64,000 nt of DNA from Bryobacterales bacterium (GCA_038229055.1 JBBROU010000007.1:2101-66100); one strand, 5' to 3'; positions 44,360-53,455 are shown, counted from the first letter of the stretch. Numbers and translations are program-made. The notes: generated by a model from the sequence alone, not told the origin.

Positions 44360-45360
44360 GCCTGCCGTTGAAATTGCCGTTTCTGCCGATGGAGGCGGAG
44401 GTCAAGAAGGCCATTCCCGAAGGCCCACAGTGGCAGTATGAGCCCAAATGGGATGGTTTCCGATGCATTGTTTTCCGTGACGGCGACGACGTCGAGCTGC
44501 AATCAAAGGCCGGTCGGCCGCTGGCGCGTTACTTCCCCGAAATGGTCGACGCGATTCGCCACCTCACGCCGCGGCAATTCGTGCTCGATGGCGAAATCGT
44601 CATCCCAATTCAAGGCAAACTCTCCTTCGACGATTTACTACAGCGCATCCATCCGGCGGCCAGCCGTATTCAGAAACTCTCGAAGGAAACTCCGGCGACG
44701 CTGATCGTTTTCGATCTTCTGGTCGACGAGCATGGCAAGCTTCTTGCGGACCAGCCACTCTCCGCTCGCCGTCCGAAATTGGATAACTTCGCCGCGCAGT
44801 TCCTCGAAGGGCACAAATCGTTCAAGCTCTCGCCCGCTACCGAAGATGTGGCGACGGCGCACGATTGGCTGGCCAACATCGCAGGTTCGCTCGATGGCGT
44901 GATAGCCAAGCGCCGCGACATGCCGTACCAATCCGGCGAGCGCACGGGGATGGTGAAGGTGAAGAATTTGCGCACGGCCGATTGCGTCGTCGGCGGTTTT
45001 CGTTACGGCGAAAAAGCTAAGACCGTCGGCTCGCTATTGCTGGGGCTTTACGATGATGAGGGCTTGTTGAACCATGTCGGCTTCACTTCCGGCATCGCTA
45101 CTGCCGGCGAGAAAGAGCTGACCGCAAAATTGGAACGCCTCATCGAACCTCCCGGATTCACGGGCAAAGCTCCGGGCGGTCCGAGCCGCTGGAGCACGGA
45201 ACGTTCGGCCGAGTGGCAACCGCTCCGCCCGGAGCTCGTGGTCGAAGTTCGTTATGACCATTTCACCGGCGGCCGTTTTCGGCACGGCACGCGGCTGGAG
45301 CGCTGGCGTCCCGAAAAAGCTCCGAAGCAGTGCCGAATGGATCAGGTGGAGCGTTCGTAA
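44356..45360 (+). CDS. ligD: ATP-dependent DNA ligase (LigD ligase domain, stand-alone)
   Basis: Motif I YEPKWDGFRC (KxDG), LDGEIV, LIVFDLL, DGVIAKR, MVKVK. ATGA overlap with the polymerase gene. Confidence 0.9.
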   Translation: MSLPLKLPFLPMEAEVKKAIPEGPQWQYEPKWDGFRCIVFRDGDDVELQSKAGRPLARYFPEMVDAIRHLTPRQFVLDGEIVIPIQGKLSFDDLLQRIHPAASRIQKLSKETPATLIVFDLLVDEHGKLLADQPLSARRPKLDNFAAQFLEGHKSFKLSPATEDVATAHDWLANIAGSLDGVIAKRRDMPYQSGERTGMVKVKNLRTADCVVGGFRYGEKAKTVGSLLLGLYDDEGLLNHVGFTSGIATAGEKELTAKLERLIEPPGFTGKAPGGPSRWSTERSAEWQPLRPELVVEVRYDHFTGGRFRHGTRLERWRPEKAPKQCRMDQVERS

Positions 45361-45361
45361 A

Positions 45362-46438
45362 TTACGGCTCCGGCTGGCGCAAGATCACGGTGGTTGTCGG
45401 ATAAGGCATCTCAATGCCCTCTTCGCGAAAACGCTTCAAGATGCGTTTGCGAACTTCTCCCTGAATGCGAAATTGCTCCGAGAATTCCGAGATGTGTACC
45501 ACCAGCGTGAACTGCAGCGCGGAATCGCCGAAGCCGGGAATTAAGCGGCAGGTGGGCTCCGGGACGCTAAGGAGCCCGGGAATGTCCGGCGCGGATTTCA
45601 GGATTTCGTCGAGCACGGCCTGCTCCACCGTATCGGGGTCGGCATCGGAACTCACGCCGATCAGGATCGGCAGGGCCATGCGTTTCTCGGGCAGGCTGAA
45701 GTTCGTCACAATCGCCTGCGCCAGTTTGGAATTCGGCACGATGATGAAGTTGTTCTGCAGCGCACGCATGGTGGTGCAGCGCCAACTGATGTCATTCACG
45801 TAGCCTTCTTCCCCTGTGTTCAGCTTGATGTAATCCCCGAGGCGCACCTGCCCGGCGATGGAAACGTAGAATCCGCCGAACAGATTGGAAAGCGTGTCCT
45901 GGAGCGCCAGCGCCACCGCCAACCCGCCGACTCCCAAAGCGGTAAGCATCGGCGTGATGTTGATGCGCAGATGCTGCAGCAGCACCAATGTTCCGACGAT
46001 CACGACGAACATCTGCGTCAGATTCTTCGTCAGACTCGTTGCGGGAAGTTCGCTGCCGCCGACACGCGCGCCATAAAACTTGACCAGATTGCCGGCGAGC
46101 TTCGAAAACATGAGCGTGAGCGAGACGATCCACAGGATGTAGAGGCTCTGCTCGATTTTCAGTTCGAAACGCGGCGGAAGCTCGGATGTTCGCAATCCTA
46201 AGATCAGCCCGATAATCAGGGCCCACAGGATCATGGGCCGGCCCATACTCTCGGTGATAATGATGTCGAAATGATTGGTGCCGCGAACTGACCATTTCCG
46301 GACGAACGCGAACAACAACTTCCGCGCAATGAAGCCGGCCGCCAGTACCAGGATTACGACGCCGAGCGGGATGACCAGCTTCAGCCAGCCATGCTCGAAG
46401 TAGTTGCGGAATGATTCCATGCCCCGCGGCATTGTCAA
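45362..46438 (-). CDS. mechanosensitive ion channel (MscS family)
   Basis: ALQDTLSNLFGGFYVSIAGQVRLGDYIKL…GYVNDISWRCTTMR is the MscS pore-helix/beta-domain signature. Confidence 0.9.
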   Translation of the reverse strand: MTMPRGMESFRNYFEHGWLKLVIPLGVVILVLAAGFIARKLLFAFVRKWSVRGTNHFDIIITESMGRPMILWALIIGLILGLRTSELPPRFELKIEQSLYILWIVSLTLMFSKLAGNLVKFYGARVGGSELPATSLTKNLTQMFVVIVGTLVLLQHLRINITPMLTALGVGGLAVALALQDTLSNLFGGFYVSIAGQVRLGDYIKLNTGEEGYVNDISWRCTTMRALQNNFIIVPNSKLAQAIVTNFSLPEKRMALPILIGVSSDADPDTVEQAVLDEILKSAPDIPGLLSVPEPTCRLIPGFGDSALQFTLVVHISEFSEQFRIQGEVRKRILKRFREEGIEMPYPTTTVILRQPEP

Positions 46439-47331
46439 GCGAAACCGTGCTGCTTCTTGTGATGCGGCCCGTCGAAATCGCGGCTGCTCTTGAACAGCTC
46501 ATGCCGGCCATCGGTAGCTTCCTCGTGAGTGCGCGCGAGCAAGGCGTGTTGCTCTTCGGCACTCATCGGTCCGCGGCGCGCCGACGCGAGATTCTGGTGC
46601 AATTGTTGCATTGAGGTAATGCCCATTACCTGGGATGCGACCGGCTGGCTGAGCGCGAACCGGTAGCACTCGTCCGCGTTTAACCCGGCCTTCCGCAGAA
46701 GCGTGGCCGAAGGAAAGCCGCCGCCCAGACCCTTCATCCCGATCACGCCCGTGTTCGTTTGCCGGCACACGGGGATGACATCGTGAAGGAAACTTCGATA
46801 CTGGGCGTCCATTACGTTGATCGGCATCTGGCACGCGTCCCAAACCTGCGGTTTGGCGAGCATCTTGAGATGAATTCGTGGATCGCGGTGGCCTGTGAAA
46901 CCGAGATATCGCACCTTGCCGGCCTTCTGCGCTTCGAGCGCCGCTTTAATTCCACCTCGGTCAAAGATCCAATCGGGATCGTTGTCGTATACCAGTTCGT
47001 GAAATTGCCACAGATCCAGATAGTCTGTTTGTAACCGCCGCAAACTATCTTCCAGACATTTTACCGAGCCGATGTAATCGCGCTCGCAGTTCTTAGACAT
47101 CAAAAAGACACGCGACCTTCGGTTGTCCATCGCCAGCGCCTTACCCATGCGCTCTTCGGACAAGCCATCGTGATAATCCCAGGAGTTGTCGAAAAAGTTG
47201 ACACCTTCGTCCATCGCGGCATGCATCAGCAGAATGGATTCCAATTCGTCTGGAATCGCACCGATGTGCCATCCGCCCAAACATACGCTTGATACGCTCT
47301 CGCCTGTTCGGCCCAGAACTCGGGTTTCCAT
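46435..47331 (-). CDS. aldo/keto reductase
   Basis: METRVLGRTGESVSSVCLGGWHIG…FFDNSWDYHDG…YLDLWQFHE. The ATG at 47331 was chosen; the ORF-track start at 47394 adds 21 atypical residues. Confidence 0.9.
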   Translation of the reverse strand: METRVLGRTGESVSSVCLGGWHIGAIPDELESILLMHAAMDEGVNFFDNSWDYHDGLSEERMGKALAMDNRRSRVFLMSKNCERDYIGSVKCLEDSLRRLQTDYLDLWQFHELVYDNDPDWIFDRGGIKAALEAQKAGKVRYLGFTGHRDPRIHLKMLAKPQVWDACQMPINVMDAQYRSFLHDVIPVCRQTNTGVIGMKGLGGGFPSATLLRKAGLNADECYRFALSQPVASQVMGITSMQQLHQNLASARRGPMSAEEQHALLARTHEEATDGRHELFKSSRDFDGPHHKKQHGFA

Positions 47332-47358
47332 GGTTACTCTAATAATAGAGGACGACGG

Positions 47359-50300
47359 GTGGCCGACGAACAACCAAAATCGTTTGTGTTTCACGATCCT
47401 ACGGGGAAGCGCTGGCTGCGTTTCCGCCGCGGTGCGCAGACCTTCGGTGTTTTGGCGCTGGTGCTGACGTCCCTTTTCGTACTGAGCATCCTGTTCGTGA
47501 TTCCGCAGTTGCCGGGTTTGGGCCTGCCGCCGGTCACGCCCGGTGGCAACGTTGCCGAAGTAGCGAACATCATTCGCGGGGAAAAGGCCGAGCGCAACGT
47601 GCCGTTCAAGATGCGGCGCGACGCGACCAAAATTAAGTATGTCCGTTCCAACTCACCGGTGATCCATCCCAAAACAGCCGCCCGGGCCGCGGACGGCCAC
47701 CCCCTCGTGTTCGGCTTTTACGTCAATTGGGATCGCGCCAGCATCGTGTCCTTGCGCCTGAATCTGGCGCATCTAACTCATCTTGTTCCCGAGTGGCTGA
47801 TCCTGCAAAACGGCAAAGGCGATCTGGACGATCAGAGCGACCCGACGGTCATCGCGATTGCCCGTCAGGCGAACTTGCCCATTCTGGCCGAGTTGAATAA
47901 CTTCCGCGAGTCATGGCGCCCGGAGGATGTTCGCCAATCGATTCGCGACGCTGAGCATCGCACGGACCTGGTCAACAACATCTACAACAATCTGGAGGAG
48001 CATAAGTTCGCCGGCGTAAATATCGACTTTGAAGGATTGGGAACGCGCGATAAGCAGGTCCTGATCATTTTCATGACGGAGTTGTACGCCAAGCTGCATC
48101 CGGCGGGACTTATGGTTACTCAGAGCGTTCCTATCGATGACGAAGCCTACGATCTGAAGGCGCTCTCCGCGGTGAACGACTACCTGGTGCCGATGGTCTA
48201 TGACGAGCATTACCAATCGGGAACACCCGGCCCGGTAGCTAGCGAACAGTGGTTTGAAGATGAGCTAGACAAGCTCGCCAAAATCGTCCCGGCCGAAAAG
48301 ACGGTGATCGGGTTCGGTAACTACGGTTATGACTGGATCATTGGAGCATCCGGCGGCGCGGAGGTCTCGTTCAGCGACGTGATGGCCGCCGTGGTCGCGA
48401 ATCACTCGCACATCGATTGGGACGCCGACACCGCCAACCCGGTACTGCGCTTCGGATCGGGATCGACGCAGCATGAGATCTGGTTCCTTGACGCGGTGAC
48501 CGCGCTCAATGAAATTCAGTCCGTTTCAGACAACGGTTATCGCGGCGTTGCGGTTTGGCGTCTGGGCGCGGAAGACCCCAACCTGTGGAGCGTTCTGAAG
48601 CCGGAGAAGTGGCCCGAGCAGGGTTACGATCCGACGCAGCTTTCACATTTAACCGCGGAGAAAGCGGTAAACCAGTATGGCGGAGGAGAAATCATCCACA
48701 TTGCGGAGACTCCGCATGACGGCTCGCGAAAGGTCATCGCGCCCAAGCATCCGGACGACGATTACACCGAGGAATACGCGCAGTACCCGACTTATTACGT
48801 GTTGGACACGAGCGGAAAGTCCGATGACAAAGTGATCTGTCTGACTTTCGACGATGGCCCGGATTCTAATTACACGCGCCAGATTCTGAACATTCTTGAG
48901 ACCAAGAAGGTGCCCGCTACTTTCTTCGTTGTGGGCGTAAACGCCGAGCAGAATATAGACCTGATCAAGCGCGAATTCGCCGATGGCGATGAAATCGGTA
49001 ACCACACGTATTCACATCCGAATATCGCGGCGGTTTCGGCGCGCCGCACCGAACTCGAACTTACTTCCACGCAGCGCATCGTCGAAAACGCCGTCGGGCG
49101 ATCGATGACTTTCTTTCGCCCTCCCTACAACGCCGACAGCGAGCCGCAAACTCCGGAGGAGATCCTGCCGATTAAGCGCGCGCAGGACCTGGGTTACATC
49201 ACCATCGGTGAGAGTATCGACCCGCGCGACTGGCAGCCCGGAATTACCGGCGAAAGCATTCTGAAGGAGGTGCAGAGCGAAAATGCGAACGGCCACATTA
49301 TCCTTCTGCACGATGGGGGCGGCGACCGCAGCCCGACCGTCGCCGCGCTCCCGGAGATTATCGACTACTTCCATAAGCGGGGATATCGTTTCGAGAACGT
49401 CGGAGCGCTGATCGGTAAGACGCGCGCCCAGACCATGCCTGTCCCTTCGGCCGAAGAGATGCGGTGGGCGCGGTTCGAGGGAGAGGCGTTCGATCTGAAA
49501 AGCAATTTCAAGCGCGTTCTCGGAATACTCTTCCTTACGGCGATTTATCTGACGCTGCTTCGCTCCGTGGTCTATGGCATACTCGCCATCATCCAAAAAA
49601 ACCGCACGGGCAAGCAGAAATTCGATACTTCGTATCGGCCTTCCGTCTCGGTGATCATCGCCGCGTATAACGAAGAGACCGTCATTGTGCGCACGGTGCA
49701 GTCGATCCTGAAAAACGGTTACCACCCGCTCGAAGTCATCGTGGTCGACGATGGTTCGAAGGACAACACCTACCGGGTGTTGTGCGACAACTTCGCCGAT
49801 AACCCGACGGTGCGCGTGCTGACGCAGCCGAACGGCGGCAAATCCGCCGCGCTCAACAATGCGATCGCGCACTCGCAATACAGCATCCTGATTGCCGTGG
49901 ATGCCGACACTCTCTTCCAGAGCGGCACGATTGAGAAACTCGCGCGCCACTTTGCCGATCCGGAGGTCGGGGCCGTTTCCGGCAATGCCCGCGTCGGAAA
50001 TAGAAAGAAATGGATTACGCGTTTTCAATCGATCGAATACATATACGGATTCAACCTGGACCGGCGCGCTCTGGATCTGCTGAACGCAATCACGGTCGTC
50101 CCCGGCGCGGTTGGCGCGTGGCGCAAGGATCTGGTGGAGGAACTCGGTGGCTTCGGTCATGACACGCTGGCCGAGGACGCGGATCTCACGTTAGACGTGC
50201 GCCGCGAGGGCTATAAAGTACGTTACGAGCAAGATGCCATCGCTTATACCGAAGCTCCCGAGACGACGAGCGGGCTTGCCAAACAGCGTTTCCGTTGGTC

Positions 50301-50709
50301 TTTCGGAACTTTGCAGGCCGCGTGGAAGCACCGCGACGCGCTGTTTGTGCCACGTTATGGAACCCTCGCCTTTGTGGCGCTCCCGAGCATCTGGCTCTTT
50401 CAAGTATTGCTTGCCACGTTGTCGCCCTTCGCCGAAATCTGTATGATTCTCGCTCTTTTCGCCGGGAACTGGAAAATTGTCCTGCTGTACTACATGGCCT
50501 TCTTCGTCCTCGAATTGCTGACGGGAGTGCTCGCGTATTCGCTGGAAGGAGTCGCGCCGTGGGATCTCACCTTGCTATTTTTTCAGCGTATTTATTACCG
50601 GCAGCTTATGCATTACGTCTTGGCCAAATCGCTGCTATTCGCGCTTCGCGGGCGATTGGTAGGTTGGGGAAAAGTGGAGCGCCGCGCGACGGTTGGGCAC
50701 GTCGGGTAG
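47359..50709 (+). CDS. membrane-anchored tri-domain polysaccharide synthase: GH18-like + CE4 deacetylase + GT2 processive synthase
   Basis: GTG start. TM anchor. GH18-like FAGVNIDFEGL (nt ~48010-48040). CE4 motifs LTFDDGPDSNYT and HTYSHP (nt ~48840-49020). GT2 motifs VSVIIAAYNEE, IAVDADTL and QRFRWSFG, followed by C-terminal TM helices (nt ~49640-50700). Confidence 0.8.
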   Translation: MADEQPKSFVFHDPTGKRWLRFRRGAQTFGVLALVLTSLFVLSILFVIPQLPGLGLPPVTPGGNVAEVANIIRGEKAERNVPFKMRRDATKIKYVRSNSPVIHPKTAARAADGHPLVFGFYVNWDRASIVSLRLNLAHLTHLVPEWLILQNGKGDLDDQSDPTVIAIARQANLPILAELNNFRESWRPEDVRQSIRDAEHRTDLVNNIYNNLEEHKFAGVNIDFEGLGTRDKQVLIIFMTELYAKLHPAGLMVTQSVPIDDEAYDLKALSAVNDYLVPMVYDEHYQSGTPGPVASEQWFEDELDKLAKIVPAEKTVIGFGNYGYDWIIGASGGAEVSFSDVMAAVVANHSHIDWDADTANPVLRFGSGSTQHEIWFLDAVTALNEIQSVSDNGYRGVAVWRLGAEDPNLWSVLKPEKWPEQGYDPTQLSHLTAEKAVNQYGGGEIIHIAETPHDGSRKVIAPKHPDDDYTEEYAQYPTYYVLDTSGKSDDKVICLTFDDGPDSNYTRQILNILETKKVPATFFVVGVNAEQNIDLIKREFADGDEIGNHTYSHPNIAAVSARRTELELTSTQRIVENAVGRSMTFFRPPYNADSEPQTPEEILPIKRAQDLGYITIGESIDPRDWQPGITGESILKEVQSENANGHIILLHDGGGDRSPTVAALPEIIDYFHKRGYRFENVGALIGKTRAQTMPVPSAEEMRWARFEGEAFDLKSNFKRVLGILFLTAIYLTLLRSVVYGILAIIQKNRTGKQKFDTSYRPSVSVIIAAYNEETVIVRTVQSILKNGYHPLEVIVVDDGSKDNTYRVLCDNFADNPTVRVLTQPNGGKSAALNNAIAHSQYSILIAVDADTLFQSGTIEKLARHFADPEVGAVSGNARVGNRKKWITRFQSIEYIYGFNLDRRALDLLNAITVVPGAVGAWRKDLVEELGGFGHDTLAEDADLTLDVRREGYKVRYEQDAIAYTEAPETTSGLAKQRFRWSFGTLQAAWKHRDALFVPRYGTLAFVALPSIWLFQVLLATLSPFAEICMILALFAGNWKIVLLYYMAFFVLELLTGVLAYSLEGVAPWDLTLLFFQRIYYRQLMHYVLAKSLLFALRGRLVGWGKVERRATVGHVG

Positions 50710-50712
50710 ACT

Positions 50713-51231
50713 TTGTTTATGATCCGACCTGAGAGCGTTCTGGACTCGTGGAAATCCATTCGAAATGATACGGTTCAAGCGGTGCTGGATTTTCCGGCGG
50801 AATCGCTGGATGAAAAGCCGCTGGCCGATGTCATGAGCTTCCGCGAGATCGCCACTCACGTTCTGAATGCGGGGCACGGTCTGACCGGGCTGCTGCTAGA
50901 CGGCTTCGATGATTTCTCTTCGCCGGAATTCCGTCCGATGCTGAAGAACTACGCCGCCGATCTTGCGCCCGATGCTTCACCTGCCACGATCGCCGACGCT
51001 CTCTCGGCAGCCATGCATCAGCGCTTTCAGGCGCTGTCGCCCAAGGATGCGCAATTCTTCTCCGGTGAAATTACGCGTATGGACGGCACGCGCATCACGC
51101 GCCTTGAAATGCTGCAGTTTATTAAGGAACACGAGCTCACGCATCGGGCGCAACTGTTCCTGTTCTTGCGCTTGAAGAATATTGTGCCGCCTACTACGAG
51201 GAGGCGAGCCGCAGCCCAGAAGAAAGGGTAA
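50713..51231 (+). CDS. DinB family protein
   Basis: SFREIATHVLNAGH… and …EHELTHRAQLFLFLRL form a DinB-type His triad pattern. Confidence 0.8.
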   Translation: MFMIRPESVLDSWKSIRNDTVQAVLDFPAESLDEKPLADVMSFREIATHVLNAGHGLTGLLLDGFDDFSSPEFRPMLKNYAADLAPDASPATIADALSAAMHQRFQALSPKDAQFFSGEITRMDGTRITRLEMLQFIKEHELTHRAQLFLFLRLKNIVPPTTRRRAAAQKKG

Positions 51232-51317
51232 TCCCGAATCAGGTCGGATGCACAATTGCAGTGGCACCAAAGGATAGAGTTTCGTATAAAGGTAATTTCG
51301 GGGAGGAGATATCGAGC

Positions 51318-51545
51318 ATGGTGACTTGCCCAGTTTGTGATGGTTCAATCGATGTGGATGAAGAAGAAGTCGATGAGGGCGACAGCCTGAGTTGTGACGA
51401 ATGCGGCGCGGATTTGAAGGTCCTCGGGAAAGATCCTCTGGAGCTGGAGTCCGCGGACGAGATCGAAGATGAAGACGAAGACGAAGACGCGCTAGACGAC
51501 GAAGAAGAAGAAGAGGAAGAGGAAGAAGAAGACGAATGGAAGTAG
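51318..51545 (+). CDS. LysW-like zinc-ribbon protein with extended polyacidic tail
   Basis: GGGAGGAG RBS at 51301-51308. MVTCPVCDGSIDVDEEEVDEGDSLSCDECGADLKVLGKDPLELE parallels Thermus LysW (CPxC…CxxCGAxLEV…PLxLE). It is then followed by ~30 Asp/Glu residues and ends EDEWK. Confidence 0.6.
   Translation: MVTCPVCDGSIDVDEEEVDEGDSLSCDECGADLKVLGKDPLELESADEIEDEDEDEDALDDEEEEEEEEEEDEWK
51501..51533 (+). repeat. GAA/GAG trinucleotide tract (encodes polyGlu)
   Basis: gaagaagaagaagaggaagaggaagaagaagac is seen directly and is in frame with the LysW-like ORF. Confidence 0.9.
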
Positions 51546-51609
51546 CGGGCGGTGAGACGGCTGGAACTCGGCATCTGCCGCGCGCGTCAGGTATAGTGAG
51601 GAAACTCCC

Positions 51610-51963
51610 ATGACGCGGCGCGCTGTTGTTCTGTTGCTGTTCTCAAGCTTCACCATCGGGCTCGCCGTCGCGCAGACCCGTAAAGGCGATGACGCGAACG
51701 TGCGCGCTGTACAGGGTACGGTGTCCGACGCCTCAGGCAATGCCGTTTCCGGCGCTGTCGTGCAGTTGAAAAACACGAAAACGCTGCAAATTCGGTCATT
51801 TATCACCAAAGAGCAAGGCGATTATTATTTTCACGGCCTTAGCCCCGACGTGGATTATGAACTGAAGGCGGAAGCCCAGGGCGGCAATAGCGGCACGAAG
51901 ACACTCAGTTCCTTCGACAGCCGCAAACAAGCGGTCATCAATCTGAAACTCGATAAGAAATAA
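51610..51963 (+). CDS. secreted single CarboxypepD_reg-like domain protein
   Basis: Signal peptide VVLLLFSSFTIGLAVAQ. VQGTVSDASGNAVSGAVVQLKN…GDYYFHGLSPDVDYELKA. Confidence 0.65.
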   Translation: MTRRAVVLLLFSSFTIGLAVAQTRKGDDANVRAVQGTVSDASGNAVSGAVVQLKNTKTLQIRSFITKEQGDYYFHGLSPDVDYELKAEAQGGNSGTKTLSSFDSRKQAVINLKLDKK

Positions 51964-52010
51964 TACGAAGTTGCGCGCAGCTCTGCGAGGCTTGTTGTAA
52001 GCTCACGTGT

Positions 52011-52910
52011 ATGATTATGTCGAACTCGCTATCGAGGCGAGGCTTTTTCAGCTCGGCTGCCGCCGGGCTTGCGATCGCTCCATTGTTACAGGCCGCGACT
52101 CACCCGTTTACTCATCCTCTCGGAGTTCAGCTTTACACGGTTCGGTCGTTGTTGCCCGAGCATGACGAGCCTACGATCAAAGCCATCGCGGAGATCGGCT
52201 ACAAAGAAGTTGAGGTGATACACGGGGATCTGGCGCGCCTGGCGCCGCTGCTGAAGCAGTACAACCTCAAGCCGGTGTCCTGCCATTTTGAAACCGCCAT
52301 GATCACGGGAAACTGGCCCAATAACAAGGCGCCGGCGAACGCCACCTGGGAAGCGGCCATCGACGACGCTAAGAAATTCGGCGTGGAGTACATGGTGATG
52401 CCGTATCTTCCGCCCGCCGAGCGCGGCGATCTGAACTCATTCAAAGCCCTTACCGAGAAGATGAACAAAGCTGCGCGGCAAACCCACGCTGCCGGGTTGC
52501 AGTTCTGCTACCACAACCACGCGTTTGAATTTAAAGGCGAGCCGGGGCAACGGCCGATCGACGTGATGCTAAAGAACCTGGATGCGAAGACCGTGGCCTT
52601 CGAAATGGACGTCTTTTGGGTCAGCGTCGCGGGAAACGATCCGGTGGCGTTGATGAAGCAGTTGAAAGGGCGGGTTCCGCTGCTGCATTTGAAGGACAAG
52701 AAGAAGGACACGGCGATCGGCTATGTGGAATCAGTCTCCCACGACACATTCAAGGAAGTCGGTCACGGATCGCTCGATTTCCCCGCGATTCTGCATGCGG
52801 CGCCGGTCGATGGAGTGAAGCACTACTTTGTCGAACAGGACTACACGCCGGGCGATCCGGTGGCGAGCCTGAAGCAGAGCTACGAGTTCCTGCGCGGCCT
52901 TCGCGTTTGA
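52011..52910 (+). CDS. sugar phosphate isomerase/epimerase (xylose isomerase-like TIM barrel), Tat signal
   Basis: SRRGFFSSAAAGLAIAPLLQA. …FCYHNHAFEF…, FEMDVFW, HLKD. Confidence 0.85.
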   Translation: MIMSNSLSRRGFFSSAAAGLAIAPLLQAATHPFTHPLGVQLYTVRSLLPEHDEPTIKAIAEIGYKEVEVIHGDLARLAPLLKQYNLKPVSCHFETAMITGNWPNNKAPANATWEAAIDDAKKFGVEYMVMPYLPPAERGDLNSFKALTEKMNKAARQTHAAGLQFCYHNHAFEFKGEPGQRPIDVMLKNLDAKTVAFEMDVFWVSVAGNDPVALMKQLKGRVPLLHLKDKKKDTAIGYVESVSHDTFKEVGHGSLDFPAILHAAPVDGVKHYFVEQDYTPGDPVASLKQSYEFLRGLRV

Positions 52911-52911
52911 A

Positions 52912-53415
52912 TTAGTGCGCGGCTGGCGCGGTGTTGGGCGCCATCACCGGGGCCTTAGCGCCCTCCGGAATGGGCGCGAGCATTTCCTCCTTGCGCCACA
53001 CCAGGGTCGAATTGTTGTAGCTCGCCAGTTCAAATCCGTGCCCGTGCGTAATCGCATCGGTTGGGCACGCTTCCACGCAATACCCGCAGAAGATGCACCG
53101 GTTGTAATCGATGTTGTAGACCTTCGCGTAACGCTCGCCGCCGCTGATGCGCAGTGTCTCGGTGTTTTCCGCCGCTTCGATGTAGATGCAATTGGCAGGG
53201 CAGGCCGCAGCGCATAGAAAACAGGCCACGCATTTCTCCAACCCGTTCTCGTCGCGCTGCAGGACGTGCGCGCCACGGAAACGCTCTTCAAACTTCGGTG
53301 GCTCATCCGGATAATTTTCCGTGACGGTGGGGGACATCATCTCTTTGAAAGTGACACCCATGCCCTTGGCGATAGCCCCAGCCGCGCCCAAAATCTCTTC
53401 TATCTTATTAGCCAT
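52912..53415 (-). CDS. nuoI: NADH-quinone oxidoreductase subunit I (2x[4Fe-4S])
   Basis: …TENYPDEPP…RFRG…, CVACFLCAAACPANCI and CIFCGYCVEACPTDAI. Confidence 0.9.
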   Translation of the reverse strand: MANKIEEILGAAGAIAKGMGVTFKEMMSPTVTENYPDEPPKFEERFRGAHVLQRDENGLEKCVACFLCAAACPANCIYIEAAENTETLRISGGERYAKVYNIDYNRCIFCGYCVEACPTDAITHGHGFELASYNNSTLVWRKEEMLAPIPEGAKAPVMAPNTAPAAH

Positions 53416-53455
53416 TCTGTTCTAGCTTCGCACGGAAGCGTCAGTTTTTGGAGCT

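Noticed and set aside
51239-51574. Poly-Ser ORF on the minus strand
   Set aside because: It is the reverse complement of the GAA/GAG polyacidic tract of the LysW-like gene. That gene has a strong RBS and a zinc-ribbon motif; this ORF has neither.
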